Assembly (NCBI GenBank): GCA_040954595.2
Contig: CM082594.2
Location: forward strand, 4,697,319-4,761,318
Direction of reading: 5' to 3'
DNA length: 64,000 nucleotides
DNA from: Balanoglossus misakiensis
Lineage: Eukaryota; Animalia; Hemichordata
Shown one piece after another: positions 1-15,400 of the stretch (position 1 is the stretch's first letter; each line of letters begins with the position of its first letter). The position numbers were made by a program, and so were the translations under genes. The notes beneath the pieces are model-generated. The model searched no databases and was not told the origin of the DNA. It was given only the letters and a program-made list of their open reading frames with translations.

Positions 1-3000
1 CCCCCTCTGCACCAGCTGCCCAAGTATGTGTGCCACAGGAGAAGTCTTAATGACTAGCAAATAGGCTGGGCTGTTTTTCCACGGATCCATGCTGGCTAAA
101 TTATACAAATTGGATTCGATTTTTAATAAATGGGCTTTTTAAGAGCCAGGCAGTTTATACACATGCCAAGATATTAAAATAAAATTGACTACATGTACAG
201 GTTATCCTGAGAAGGGGTATATATATATATATACAGTCATGCCAGAACAAGAGACTGATCAATTTATCAGATTTATTTTTTCATGCCGCCAGAAAAAGTT
301 TTTATCAGATTTCATCCAGCCCACTCTGCTTGAAATCTACCAGTACCTACGGATCTGTCAACAGTTTTGATTATGCAGACCGTTAAAAAATAATTCGGCA
401 TCATAAAAAGGTTTTATATCTCAAGTGAGTGGGCGTGCTGAATGTACTCTCGTTTCATAGGATGTCAGTCATCCATGCATGTCTGCTGTGCCTCAGCTGA
501 GTTCAAAATGGGATTACATGTAACCACAGATTGTCTGGGGTACAAATTTCAGCCTACTTTCAGGTTACAATTACTGAAAAATGAGATGTGGAAATCTGAT
601 GATTTCGGAAGATTAAATGTAAAGGGGCAAGTTAACCTGAATAATCAAGAACCAACATAAGTTTATAATTGTCACGCTGTGTCATGCTGCGATTAATTTG
701 TGGAAGTTTTAATATTGTGTAAATCATCTAGATTTGGTTTATTGTCTGATATTGATAAGAAATTGCAAATCCCAGTGGCAGGTTTATGGGATTATTTGAC
801 AATTGTGGCAACAACAAAAAAGACAGACCATGTGTTTTTTAATTTGTTTCGTCTCATCACCAGTTCCTGTCGCGGTATTTATCCTGTCTGTTTTCATCCA
901 TTAGTCAGTAAAGCCTCATTGTCCCAATCAGAATGACCAGAAAATTGCAAAGTAATGAGAAAGTACACCATCTCATACATTGCTTTTGAGGATATTCGCA
1001 ACCATGGGGAGAAGTGCTCTCACTGAAACACACACAATGTTTTTTAAAACAACATCAGAAATTACCGTAATGTCCCTTTAATGCTAATGTTTTAATGTCA
1101 CGTGGTGGTGCGAATGCCCTTGGGTTTGAACTTCAAAACTCAGAGGTGGCCTGTCTGTGGTTGCCATAGCGTCAACTGCGACACATCATACGTGTACGTG
1201 CACTAGTGGCGACATACGAACAAAAACAAATGAATATAGAGAAACTTGGAAAAAGAGATTAGCTAGATTGTAGTTATCCACCAAGGGTTTTTCCGCCTAC
1301 GTGGTTTTATTAAATCGGTTTTAAGAAGTAGGTCGGGGTGAGAATTTAATGGGTGCTCATGAGTACAAGCTGAGACGCGATCGTGGTTTCCAAGGGTTGT
1401 AACCTGCTGTAAACTCCGGTGTGACTCAAATCGATAAAAAAAACATTGGCCACGTCAGAGCCCCAGCGTACTTTAAGCTCATCATCTCCGTAGTGTCCAT
1501 GAAATGTGTTGTAAAAACTACCCTGGTTTACATTAAAAAGTTATTTTATACGACAGGGAAATCTATTCTTGGTCGGTCATTGGCTGGAAAGATAATTCAT
1601 TTTATATATAGCTCGGGAATGTAATTGAGAGGAGGCTGAATAACGAGGGACGTGGATCTTTCCTGGAAAAACGTGTTTCTTTTATGTCTGTTTTATTTCC
1701 ACTGTTAATTCAATTACTCCATCTCAACTAATAAAATGTTTTTCCATGAATTTTTTTGTGATGAGTTACAGCGAGTTAGCTACTAGTATATTTTAGTTTG
1801 TCTAGAGAGGGCGCTATCCAATATCAAGGTTGAACCAGTTACTCATATAACACTCACGCACAAATCCCTGCATAAATTCTGTTCAAAGCCACCACGAGAG
1901 GGCAGTATCATAAAATAGTCAGGATGGGCTTTGGGGAGGCAAAGAAATTATCTTTTGTTTTGTTTTCTAAAACATTATCCCTCTGTAATACTTCCTGTAA
2001 ACATGTTTTTTCCAAAATATTATGGAGAGTGTTATTATACTTCACTGACTTGGAATACTATAGCTCTCTTATTGATGGTGACTTCTTAAATAGAGTTTTT
2101 TTTCTTGAAATTTCAGATGATTTTCGGTGTTAAATGTTCTAATTTCATGCGTAGATTTTCAGTTATAATAAAAAAAATTATAGTTACCAGTTATAATACA
2201 TTTGGCCACCTTCCAGCGGAATTCTACTACATGTAGTCTATAAAATATCTACGTAACCGTTTAACCTCATGGCTGTCACTTTATACCAAATTAACCTGAC
2301 AGATCGTCATAACGGCAGATAATTCACGGCACTTTAATCCCCTGTACATGATTTACTAGAAGTGGAACCGTTCTCATCCCCTTTGTGACAGAACATTAAT
2401 GACACAGGGGCAAGTTCATCCGGACCATCACTCATATATGCAAATGAGGTCACAGGTCAAACACCCTCAGCGGATCTGCTGACATTTTACGCCAGTGGTG
2501 TGGTTTTGTTTATGACTCCCCCAGGGTTTACCTCTGATGTATAATAAAGTGAAAGTTGAAAGAATTTCATGGCAGATTGGCAGGTTGCGGTGGATAATAA
2601 GACCCAAATTATACCCTGGAATTAGTGAATCTGTTTTGATAGGTGTTTTTAGGATGTTAAATGTGAGCCCCTCTTTGTGAGAATTTTAAATGGATGAATT
2701 GTACTGAAGTGATAATTTTCTTCCTGCATAGACAGTTGTTGCATACATGTATATGAAACATTCATTCTTGCCGTTGGCAATTTTGGTATAAAAGTCACTT
2801 TAAAAAGGTCACCTGAAAGAGACATTTTCAATCCCTGGATCTCACTTTTATTGGTGTGGTTGACATAGATTATTTATGTTTATGTGATGGAAAAGTCGTT
2901 GTTTTCCTTTAGAATATTCATAAAGTTAATCAAGTTCTCTTGAAGAGAAATGCTAAAAACGAATATGTGACTTTAATTAAATTCCTCTCTTATGTTCAAA

Positions 3001-4433
3001 TATGTATTCAGATATTACTATAACATGGTTTATTGTGGATTGAAGTTTCTAAAAAAGTGATATACATGTATATAATTATGATACCCAACAGCATCTATGT
3101 GCAATGTAACTGTGATCCTTTCGTAGAGTAGTAGGGCTCCCTCTACAGGCTGGCAATGACATGATGGATGGGCCAGGTCATACACATCCCTGCAGCTATG
3201 CGAGTAATGTTTACACTCATCAAAATATCACCAGTCATTGGGGAAGTGATAAGGTCAGAGGTGAAATGTTTGAGACTGTTGATAGCTTCATGGAACACGG
3301 TATACATGAGGATTTTTTAAAAATATTACCATCATGGGTTTTGCATAATGTATTTCGTCAAATTGAGTTTTTTGTCAGCTATTAAAAGTATCTCCCTCAA
3401 AAATGACATTTAATCTGTTTATGGGTATTGTTTTGAATTGAGTCTTGAACGAATTTGGAAGAGGGAAAAGTGTGGAACCAGGTTGACATGTAAAATTTTC
3501 CACAATTTTCCTTTACCAAATGTTTGTCAGAGTGTTCACAGAGTTTTAAGTGTAAATTATTATAAACATGCAGTGACTTCATCAACATTGACCATTTTTC
3601 AAACAACTGGCTATTCAACTAAAGATTACTGGTCAACTGACCGATAATTCTCAAGTACACTTACGTAAGTGTAGCCATCCGTTAGTTTCTAAGTTAACAG
3701 ATGAAAAGGAGGGGGAAATGGATCAGTTGAAAGTGGGTTATCAGTCTAATGCCGTTCTCAGCTGCATTTTCTGATAATCTCCCGAGAAGACTAAAATGCT
3801 GCCTTCTAAACCAGTCTGCTCAATCGATACCTATTCTGCAGAGATATACCGCTGTATGGGGAAACTCTCCAAAGACACTGTACAGATGTTCATGTATATA
3901 TTCAGACGGAAATTCCGAGAACGGGCCTTTGCTACTTCATGCAAATTCGGATGAACACTTTTAGACTTAACCTCTTTTCTGATTCTTATCTTAAATGTGG
4001 TGGTGTCTAAACTTCAGCTGTTCAAGACATACATGTACATGTACCGGTATATATTATTACCTTGTATATTTCTACTGTGTAAAATTGCTCAGATTTAGCA
4101 AAATGGCTGTGTTTAGTTGTCATGCCATTTACAAGCTACAAGACAATTAGGGATTGGAAAAAACGAAGTTGTCATTACTGTTAATCCATGCTGTGGGCTT
4201 CAGACTATATCCCATGTATTACATGTACTTACCATTTCAAGGAATCTGTTTGACATTTGGAATGCCAGACTTGAAATTACTTTTGAATAAAGCCACGCAC
4301 ATTTACTCGCTGGCCAATGATACTTAAAATGTCTGATGTTGGACTCTGTCAAAGGAAACTCATTGTTTTTATTTTTGCAAGTTTTTAGCAATTTTAGCCA
4401 ATTGCCTAGGATTTTGTATTCTTTGGTATTGCC

Positions 4434-4764
4434 TTAAAGGGACATTGGGCTAAATTCTCATAGGGATGATGGTATTGCCTTAAAGAGACTCTGAGCTAAT
4501 TGTTTTTGGGTCACCCCTATAACCAATAATCATCTGCACAAGCCAAGTGTATATTCAGGCTTGGACTTGCCCTCAAATCATGTGATATCAAAGATACATG
4601 TACACAGAGCTGCAATGAAAGTACAGCAGACTCGTCATGGCATACATTTTACTATATTTTAGCATCTACTAAGTTGCCTCTGACGTTTGAAAATGAAAAG
4701 AATTGTCTATATTAAAACAGGGAAATTGAACAGACACACAGCTGCAATGACAGTGTTCCTTTAA
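4434..4764. mobile_element. Possible TTAA-flanked element with a duplicated left end
   Basis: ttaaagggacattg versus the reverse complement of cagtgttcctttaa (12/14); tggtattgccttaaag repeated at 4424 and 4470. Confidence 0.4.
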
Positions 4765-5629
4765 ATAGCTTCTTTTGAGGAAAAGTGGGCGTCTTATGTA
4801 AGAAGCAGGAAAAAGAAAGTATTTCTTGTTGCCAGGATACCAGTCTGTGATTGTATGCTCTTCCTTAGAACGTGATTGCTAACATACCCTCAAGTTACCA
4901 TGGAGACACCCGCATTACCAGGTTAAAAAAAATAGCAAAATAAGGAAGTCCTTATGAAATACAGAAAGGATATGCAAGTAGGGTATGGTTTTATCTATAT
5001 ATGTCTAAATAATTCCAAGGATGGGACTACCAGACTACTATGGTTATATCCTGGTATTGTCAACTTCCTGTAAGAATAAAACCCTGCAGGAGTGTCCTTT
5101 ATGGTTGGCATGGCAACCCTGCGAGCTTCTTAGGGGAGCTGAGATCCTGTGCGGGGACCGGTACGACAGTGACTTAAAAATAGCACACTGTTCTGCAGTG
5201 TGATCTGGGTGACATTTCCAGATGGTTAAGTTACAATGAAAGGAAATAAGTCGTGAGCGATGTGCAAGTCGACAGGAAATGCAATACCGGCACGGCAGGA
5301 AATCTGTTGAATAAGTTGTTAAAGATGACTGAGGCCTGTTTTGTGGGGGAACGAGGGAGAGAGAGTCGCGTTTTGGTAGCGCAGGAGCAAGTTTGCAGTG
5401 TGACCCGTTTTTCTTTTTGAAATAAATCAACCCACTTTTTCAGAACTTCATGGGCTGCGTATAGTGAGATTGCGACCTGTTTCCTTGGTGGCGCAGACTC
5501 AGGTATCTGTCATTGACACTTGGAGATGCTGAGTTTGTTTACCTCAGATACAGTGGCACATTAAAGGAAATTTTGCTGTTTGCCGGTTAATGGTTACATG
5601 ACTGTACAATTTGTTGTTTTATATGCGGA

Positions 5630-5660
5630 GATGATGATGATGATCATCATCATCATCATC
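5630..5660. repeat. (GAT)n(CAT)n palindromic microsatellite
   Basis: 5630-5657 is a perfect 28-bp palindrome. Confidence 0.9.
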
Positions 5661-8600
5661 GTGTGTTGGGGTTGTGAACTTTTGCTGACAGCCTGCTAAA
5701 GTCAAAAGGTGAATCTTCTTATAGAGCCATGTAAACAAGTTTAATACCCGTGTGTTAAGGTGGTTTCCCCTATTAAATAGCTCGCTATTGATGTAGTGAT
5801 TTTGCATGTGACTTTTTGAGCCAAAGGAAGGTATCAGTCCACTAAACCAATACAGGTACTTCAGATTAGCTTGACTTTGCTGTATCTTTAATACAAACAT
5901 TCATGATGATGATGATGGAATCTGGTTTACAGTTTATTGCGATGTACCGGTAATTGTCTTTTATGGACTGCACAGTATCAATGCTTAACGTGTAGTGTCA
6001 GGATGGCAGTTGCTAGGTCCAATGTTAATAATTATTTCTGCGGGAAGAGAATCTGTCTTGTGCGTCAGAGTTTTTAATGAAAACTTATCTTCTTATATGA
6101 TGTGGAATCACAAAAAATATGAGATGATATTGCATTGGACGAGATTGCATTCTGATTCATTAGGGAGCATAGGTAACTTTCTGAACCATCCACCCCCTCA
6201 TTCTTGGAGAATGGAATTAAAATTATATTGGCCTGTAGCGAACTTGCTTAGAGCTAGAAATTTCGAAATCCATCATTTTTGCATTTGGCAATGATCTGGG
6301 TGAAAGTTGACACACACGTTCACTGTGCATTTTGTGGTAAAATGTCAGAAAAAATTTAGTTTCCATAAATAATTTTACTATCTATTTTTTCCTGTACTGT
6401 GATGTAGTTTATAAAATACAGAAACAGATGAAACATTGTGTGTTTGTCACAGATAGGTGTCACCAGTTAATTATTTCAAATGTCAAGTCCATGACACCAT
6501 GTCCTGCTGAAAATAACTTGTACGCGAGCAACATCCTCAGGAAATAAATGTCATATCCGTATTCTAATTTAGTCTGCCAAAATTAGATCCTTAGGAAATG
6601 TGAATACCCATGTCAAAAGGGGAAAAAAGATAATTAAGCTCTGCTGTATTCATTTTATATATAGATTTTCGTGTTTTGATGGTTATCGCATTGCATGGTA
6701 GGTACATTGTAGCATATGCGCAACATGTAGCATTATTCATGGAATATTGGGGTGCAAGTACACATTATATAATATTGGTGTGTGGTGATAGTGGCATAGT
6801 TTTTACCATTAAACGCAAAATTTATCCCCTAATCCATAAAAATAATCCAAAAGTAAATAAACCCTAATAAATACATCTAATAAATGACATTATACAATGT
6901 CATAAAATTCATTACTCTGCAGAGAGCAGCTTGCTACAATTTATGCAAAGGAAAATTTGTGGCATTTTTTGAGTGATTTGTCACTTAAAAGGCGTTTCAT
7001 TTCTGAATTGTTCCAAAATTTGATGTATTTTGACAAAGATACTGCAACACTGAAGAAAGAAAATACGGTATAAAGAAAAACAAATCCTAAACTAGATCAC
7101 TCCCCACTGTGGGCTCCCTAAGAGAGCTTTTCGTAACCCATCCAGGGTTCCAATAATATTTATGTTTTTTTGCAGCGCCAGCGAAATATATTACGTGTAG
7201 CAAACAATCTTCTCTTGCATTGTTAGAGTCGTTTGTCAGAACAGAATTGGCGAGTCACACAGAATAAAACATGAGCCCGACAACTTAAATGTCAGCGGGC
7301 AATCGCGACAATGGCAAGTGAGATGAACGAACCCTGTGAATGGACGCTGCAACTCAAAGTGAAATGACAATAACAGCTACGCAGTGACAACATCAAACAC
7401 TACAAGACAATGACATGGATTATTATTTCCTGCGGTCTGATGTAAATTAATTAAAATGCACTCGGTGTGCGCACTGTATTGTAAGAAATCGGTAAACATC
7501 AGACTCGGCAAACAGTTAGGATTTTAATTGCATCTGTTGAAGAATGTAAATGGGATTTACCTTTAAATATGTATGCCGTTTATGCGCGTAAGGATCGCCG
7601 TAATATAAACATACATTCGCTGCGGTTTTGTCGGTGTGCCCTTTAGATGTGGGGATTACATTGGAACCATATGGTCAATGCTGTCACAGTGGGCATGTGA
7701 CTGTTACTTTTCCTGGAAATTGTAAATTGTTTCTTTTTTTCTGTCAGTCGTTGGTTCAACAGTAATTCTGTGGCAGCTTGACGCCGTATTTTGCAAGAAG
7801 CAGTCATATATCACTACAATTTCTCTCTCATTCATAAAAATTAACAACGGCGATATAAGTACAAAATTGCTCGTATAAACAGCGCTAGCTACACGTGTTT
7901 TGGCAGTTAATGTAACAGCAGATCTGCTCAGAAGGGCTGTATATCTCACAGCAATCCCCAATATATGGGCATAATTAGCTCCTAGAAATCTTTGATTCAG
8001 TGTGGTGGTCGCACATAGACTACGTGCGTGGACACGTCAATAGACATCACAGCGTAATGTTGCAGCAGGCATACACAGTGACTCTTGAAACATAGTCTAT
8101 TTAACATTTCATACATGTATAATTACTGTCACAGTCACACAGCCGGGGATGGCCGTACGCTGTGTATATATGAATCTGTCATAGATCTATGTGTGTCTAA
8201 TTTAATGGCTGAGGAAAGGTGACTCATTTATATGCATAACAGATGCAGGGTTAATTAAGGTGTCAGCAGTGATGAATATGTGATTATTCGACGTAAAGAC
8301 CAGAGGGTCAGAAATCTGTGTATTATTGATACTCATATCAGACAGTCAAACGATCGCTGTACAATAGGTAGCTGCGTAAAAGGAAAGTGTGTGGGTGGAT
8401 GGACTTGATGTAAATAAGTATGTTAGTCATTCTGCAAGCTTCAGCACTGCAGTAGGACATGTGCTCAGCATACCTAATACAGTGCAGCACACTGCTCGAT
8501 CTGTAATGGACTGATAGCGAGATATGACCAGGTGCAAAAGTGCGGGATCTTCTGAAGACGTCAGCCGATCTCCAGCAACACCAGGCGAGAGCGGGATACA

Positions 8601-11600
8601 TAACGGGGAGAGGCAGCCAGGCAATTAAGGAAGTGCAAGTTTGGAAGGAGGAATGCCGGCCCCGGCTCTGATACTGCTGAGATAATCAGGGAAGTTGATT
8701 TGAATACCGTTTGCCGAGAGATTCGGGGCTTCTTCATTAAAGGCCGTTGTTTCCAATGAGCAGAGAGAGCTGCAGTCTGTTGCGCTGAGTGCAGTTCACG
8801 GAAGACTACCGGACCAGTGGTGTTTTTTTTGTATGTTTCACGAATTTTCAACCCTGCCAGCCAAGCGTCGCTGCTTCTGTTTTTAATTCTCACCGGGAAA
8901 GAAATAGAGACTAATATTGCATGCGTTTGTCATTGCCTCTGATGTCACATGATAGCAAAATTCCCGGGATCACAACCTGCGTGAAGGAGGGGAAAAAAGG
9001 ATGCTTTATATAGGACGGATCACATTGGCTCTGGAATGTATAGACGACTGTGAGCTGTGTTTACCACTGAGCTCTGCAGAGAATGCTATGACAATTGATA
9101 AATCGCTCGTCTGATATATGTGGGTGTTAATTGCATTGAATGAAGCGTTTGAAGTAATACTCTATATGTCGTCAGCGAGTTTCTCGCTCTGAGCACACTC
9201 TATTGACATTCTTGTACATATGCATGTACAGGCTGGCCACCACGAGCCCGGACAGTGACATACACACACTAGAAATAATGCCATATTGTGGAAGTTAAAT
9301 GCCAGCCGTCCGGATCGGATTGTGATATATTAGCTTCCACTGCGGTGCACTGTGCCCGGGTTTTATATCTGCGTTTTCCATCATCATCTGGAGGTGTGAC
9401 TGTGAATAGGAGGAGCAAAGATGGCCGGGTCATCACCCAAACCTCTGTTCATGCCGACAGCGTCCTCGCTGGTGATGGCTTTGCGAAATCAAGCGTGCGA
9501 TATTGTCAATTTGGTCATGTTTGGTTGGTTCAAATATTTTCTACTACTGTTTCTTTTTTTGCCCATTTTGGCCGTAAGATATATATTCAGGGACAGTTGT
9601 TCCCACCAGCTGTTCACTAATGCATGTTTTGATATTTTTCTTTGGGGTTTCAGGGGGGGGGGGGGGGGATACAAATGTATACACCGACATATGATTTCTG
9701 CGGGCAGTGCATGCCCAAGGATGTATTTATTTCATTAACAGTATTATGATAATGGAATTAACAGCCAGTTGTATCAGTGATAACATTTACCCCTTCAATC
9801 CCCTTCACCTTGTTACGTCGATTATTATACCCGCTATATACACCGCCAATCAAATCAAGATCAAATCTATCTCAATTAGCCGGGCAGATCACAGATTAGT
9901 GTTGACCAACTATTGGTACGGTCGAGCCATTTTTGTAAGGCAACATCTGATAGAGGAATTGCCGAACACTTTTTTAAAAAATTGAAGAAAATTGAAGAAA
10001 TAATCATCTGCTTGTTATGCTTCTGTATCAGAGGCATTGACCTATGATTGGATAAATAGCTTATATGCCCACAAGTGCAGTATATGGCAGAAGATTGCAC
10101 ACACATACACACACAAAATATTTAGATGCTTGATGGGTCGCTTTCAAGATCCAATTGAAACGAGCTTGAGGCGTGTAAATGCACGGATGGCATTTTCCTC
10201 TTTTCAAAATGAACACTTTAACTTGCACTGTTGTAATGTCGGCATTAAGGATGGGCCCATCTGTTCCGGGGTTTTCAAATACAGTATAATTTAAACACGA
10301 TTAGGTGACAGCTGGACCTTGTCGTAAATTGTTTCCAATCATTTTAAGTACTGTTTGGAAAAAAAAGCTAGTCAGTTGGCTGTAAGCAAACTAATTTTTT
10401 TTTCTCCAAAGAATGATAATATACTAAATTCTCAGCAAAATAATTATTGCATATAAGACTTTCACTGGGGCAAGTGGTTGTTTAGTTAATTTATTAATTA
10501 AACTTTGATATAGTACTTGAACTTGACAAATTACTCCATAAATCATTAAATGGATTGACATGTATAGAATAAAAATACATTAAAATACAATAAAATAAGA
10601 AATACAACATAAAATAATGTCTCAAAATCAGCTGCCACTTGCAGGAAATATGTGACACATATTTGGTACACCCAGAAACAGTTGTCTCTATAAAAGGTGA
10701 TTTGCGTGAGTTTCAGTATCAAATTTTTACAGACTGTTGCTGATACGAAGCTAAGAGGACAGAACATGAAACCTATTTTTTTTACACAAATTTCAGGTTA
10801 ATACCCTATGTACCCTTTGAAGTGTTCTCTGAGACTGTATATTTGCAAAATTGTGCCCCCCCCCCCCAAAAGAAAAAAAAAAAAAAAAAAATTTGAGATG
10901 GTGTCTTTGGCCATTACAGGCAATTTTGGTAGGCCCTCAACTGAACAACATTGCAAGGTGTTCTGTCAACAGTTGGAATTCTCTACAAGATCTTATGCCC
11001 AGGGCTATATTACCAGGGTCCCCACATACACGAGAACAACACAGATTTTCAAATAATAAAAAGACACCCACAGACTCCAGCCTGACAATAGGAGTTTTAA
11101 CAGCACGCGTGATATCTGTGAAATCCCACTATGATCTCTGACTGTGCATAACTCCCATGTTTGGAGAAAAAAATTTCCAAATCGGCCACAGATAGTGAAG
11201 AGAGAAAATTAATTTGATTGTTCTGTGAAGAGTGTTCAGTTCCATAGTGCTTATTACCCCTGACACATCAAAGAGCAGGAAACTCGTTAAGAAAAAAAAC
11301 CCACATCAATATATAATGAAATGAGAATATGGTTGATTTTTTTTCAACATTAACTGATGTTGGAAAGGTCGCAGTTAGAATAAGGACAGGAAGCACTGAA
11401 TGGAAGAGAATATGTCATCTGTAGCTCACCTAGGGTGTTTGACATTTGGGAGATTTTGTCGAGTGTTGTTCGTTCGAGTGCCGTGTCCAAAAAAAAGCAA
11501 TCTCCAAACAACAACCCTAGTTTCAATCCACAGTACTGCATCATGTTTGGAAAGATAACGGATGAAAACAAATTGAGGGGGGATCAAGGTGTCGGACATC

Positions 11601-12126
11601 AGTCTGCTCGTGATTTACGTTTAATGTTATTGTTTTTTTCCCCCAATTCAGTGATCCGTGAATTACACTGCTGTTTTGTCTGCGCGCGACACAATTTCCA
11701 TTCAGCCCCTAACTGCCATGAGCATTCTGGTACAAAACTAGAAGTCATAACAATACGCCCCCGCACACACACTCTCTCTCGCTATATACACCTTTCTCTG
11801 TCTCGCTCTGACATGAACCCCGCTGCATGCTTGAAACCAGGCTAATCATGTATTTGTTTATTCAGAAAGTATCTGGGGAATATTTATCAACATTCACAGG
11901 CACCAAAATTTCTGATGTGATCAAAACATGTTTTTATATAGCAGTGTGCTCACCCACAGGTTTTCAGGAAGATGACAATAAAAATAATGCACACAAACAA
12001 TCTCAGAATTGCAGTGATATGAATATACTCCAAAAATTAATCTTCATTGCGTCTCTTCTGTTTATAACTTTTATTCTCAGAAGCTCAAAAACATTGTCTC
12101 TGTCTTCTAATACAAGATACAACAAC

Positions 12127-12218
12127 TTAACCCTTTCACCCCAGTTCTCTCTATAGAGGTCCAACCTTACATTAGAAAACAATGGGTTTGGTCTGAACCA
12201 CAGTGGTCAAGGTGTTTA
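12127..12218 (+). mobile_element. ~92-bp piggyBac-like MITE family A, copy 1 (forward, right end decayed)
   Basis: TTAA+CCCTTTCACC terminus; internal gaggtccaaccttac...gaaaacaa.ggtttgg shared with three other copies. Confidence 0.8.
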
Positions 12219-12400
12219 TGCCAAGTTTGTGAGAAAGTGTCCAGGTCACTTATATCCACAGGCAGGACAGACCCACGCTGTGCGAATAAACCATCTATTG
12301 CACACTTCAGTTTACAGAGCAGGCTGACTATCACACAGCTGGTTCTTTTAGTTTAAAACAGCATTTTAAACGATTGCATTCCTACTTTTTTATCTTGCAG

Positions 12401-12477
12401 ATTCTAGAAAAACATTAAAAGATGTTCTTGAAGAATTTCACGGGGATGGTGTCCTTTCCAAATATAATCCAGAACAG
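12401..12477 (+). CDS. DGKB: DGK exon: N-terminal region ([26 protein letters not shown]), phase 1 to 0
   Basis: ttttatcttgcag acceptor, CAG|gtgagt donor; resembles DGK-beta [25 protein letters not shown] (recalled sequence). Confidence 0.93.
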
Positions 12478-15400
12478 GTGAGTGTCCTTTCGTCAAAAAA
12501 ATTACAAAAAATTATAATCTGTGTGCATTTGTAGACTTAAACCATTGTAGTTTTCTTATTTAAAAAAATAACTATCAACTTTTTTGTAGAAAATAAATGA
12601 AATGCATGTAAACCATGTGTTACATTTCATATGCAACAGATGTTTTTTTTTTAAATTTCCATTAATTAAAGAAAGTTTGATTGTAAATAAACTGTGGTAG
12701 CTCTACTCTAAGATTCTTTTTAATAAACAGTTTCAAAACTGACACATGTTCGATAATGAAGAGAAATTTATTGTTTTAAAAGTGAAAGGTACATGAGCTG
12801 TAAGTTGATGCAGATATATATTTTTGCTAGTTGCTGTGGGCCTCTATAGGACAGTAATAGACACTGTTTTGACTGAATCTACTGTAAACAATCCTGCAAC
12901 TGGTGACTGGCCACTGTATTCGTCCAAACTGGAGTGTAATGTCCAAAAATAGCCCCGTGAGCAACCAGCAAAAAGATACAGAAGCCCCATCATAACTGCC
13001 AATTATTCTGTTCATCAACAAAGTTTGTATAAAGTGCAATAGCCACAGCTATTTTGGTGAGAAAAAAATCAAATCTGGAATGGAAATCTGTACTCAACAA
13101 TAACTGTACAAATGCTGACTATACACACATACTTGCTGTGTTGATAAGCTCAATAATTCTTCAAGTCATAGGGGTCAAGCAAGAAACTGCAGCTGATACA
13201 TGAAATATAAAAATACTGAAGAAAAATAGCTGAAAGTTACAGCTAATGGAGCTTTTATATGCTCTGCAACCCTGCCTTTTGTTAGTGCAAGTAACTTACA
13301 GGGAAAGCATATGGTTGTGGCATTTGATAATGCAAATTTAAACAAAACCACAACAGACAGGCCTGCATGCCTCCGCGAGAAGATATAGCACATCCCATCT
13401 ACTGGCTGTCAGCAACAATTCACGTTTTGATCATTTCCTGAATTGCTTTTAGCATCTGCTGGCTCTGCGTCATTTGTGATATGGAGTAGCTTTGATGCCA
13501 TTAAACGTTATATATATAATAGGGAAAGCTACTGCACTTGCATTATATCTTTACCATATGTTCATTTAACATCCATCATAACCACTGTGTGGATCTGATT
13601 CAAAAGATAGCTCCGTCATTATATGCATATGGCCATCACCTATGCAAATTTAGCCAGTTTGCAGAAATCGAATTTTACCTGGTGGCCACACAAAAGTGTG
13701 TCACCACATAATATTCATTCAAAGACTTAGACACGCCCTTTTAACCATATATGGCATATGTAAATCAGAGGTGATTGTAATCCTTTAAAGTCAGCGATTG
13801 AAGTCACCAGTTAAGCGCAGCATATAATCTACAATGTGTACAAAACCCCCATAACATAAAAATGCAGTTTATGACAATTTTCAGACGTTTTTACGACAAT
13901 TTTACAGACTTGCCTATCACAACTCAATTATACAACTACACAGTGTCATCAACTTCAATCATGCCTAAACCATCTAACAGCTGCCACTAAGTAATTTGGC
14001 CGCGGAAATATTTTACCCACATGTTGATTGTTTAATTAGAGAGAAAGATTTTGCGGTAATTGTGAGTTATAGTGAAAGAGAAATGGTGATCGTGGCTGTG
14101 GTTGGTCGCTGTCTCAGGTGAATATTTCACATGCTGCACAGTTCCAGCTGTTCGTCTCCAGATTTTCATCCTGGGAATTAAATATGCAACATTACATTGG
14201 CGTGCAAAATGACGAGTGACAATGCGGTTAATATCCTGTGTCCTGATGCTGTTGTGGGAAGACCAGGCCATAAAAAAATCATCAATCCGTGTCATCTGCT
14301 TCACTGCGGATGTGCAGATGTCGTGGTCGACTGTCAGAACCATGAATTGGTGGCAGTGTCGTGTCACTTGTAGAACTGGGGCATCCTGGAAATTTGAACA
14401 TGGTGTTCACGTTTACGTTTAGTTGTAAGATACATTGTACCTGTGTGGCAAACTGTTTGTAATTCACATCAGAAAATTAAACCAAATCTCAACTCCATCA
14501 CAATAAAAGAAGTTTTTAATCAGAAAAAGAAAGACTTTTCGTTGTTAACAGCTTTGAATAATAATTCTGATTTGCCGTATCGTACAGAGTATCAAAGATC
14601 ACAGTTTTAACACAAAGAGAGAAATTTTATCAGGCAGAGCAGTAATTTAAGACGAGATGCACAGTGTCCCAACGTATCAATGTCCGTTTTCATCGAAGCG
14701 TTTGCCGTCATGAAGATTGTTTCTGTTCGACTACTCTCAATTAATAAACCATGATTTCAGAGAACAGTCACAATTCCATGAACATGGTGCATATAATACT
14801 CACTGCTCACTCACAATATTCAAATGAGGTTGGATTTTTTTAAGTAAGCTAGGGGTTCTTTAGAGGGCCTTTAAGACGGTAAAGAAATACGACCACATGA
14901 TTGATGGGTGTTCCTGCCCCGATATGGAAGTTTTTGCCGAGGGCCAGATGATCATAATTGCTCGATTGGAACAGGGCAAATGACCTCCTAACCCTTTAGT
15001 GACCCTCTGACCCCAGTATGCATATAAATTCTCAAATCCAGCCAACTGTAGGTGAATTGTAGGCATTTTGTCTGCTATTTCAGCATGCTGCATATTTTCA
15101 CAAAACATGGAAATCTGTGGCTTTTCATAGGCAAAGATCTTAGTAAGGAAAGAGTTTTCCAAAAAGGATTGTTCGCATCTATAAATATGGGTGGCCTGGT
15201 TGTTATGGAGACAACTTTATTCATTTCTAAGGATAATAAAAAAAACTGTGAATCTCTAATTACTTGGTGTGATCATGTTTATAAACCAGAAATTGATTGA
15301 GACACGTCTCTGTGAAATCAACATGTGACAACTACAATGTACTCCTGCAGTGAGGTTTTGAATAATTTATCTTGAATTAGCTTCAGGAAGCTAATTTTCT

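Noticed and set aside
9421-9738. ORF MAGSSPKPLFMPTASSLVMALRNQ as an alternative first exon
   Set aside because: No convincing phase-1 donor and no recognisable homology; the ORF runs into a poly-G tract
1-12400. Search for the DGK start-codon exon (expected LSPxEFxQLQxY-like, ending in phase 1)
   Set aside because: No matching peptide found; donor-like sites at 425 and 3665 do not give DGK-like sequence. The exon is probably upstream of the window.
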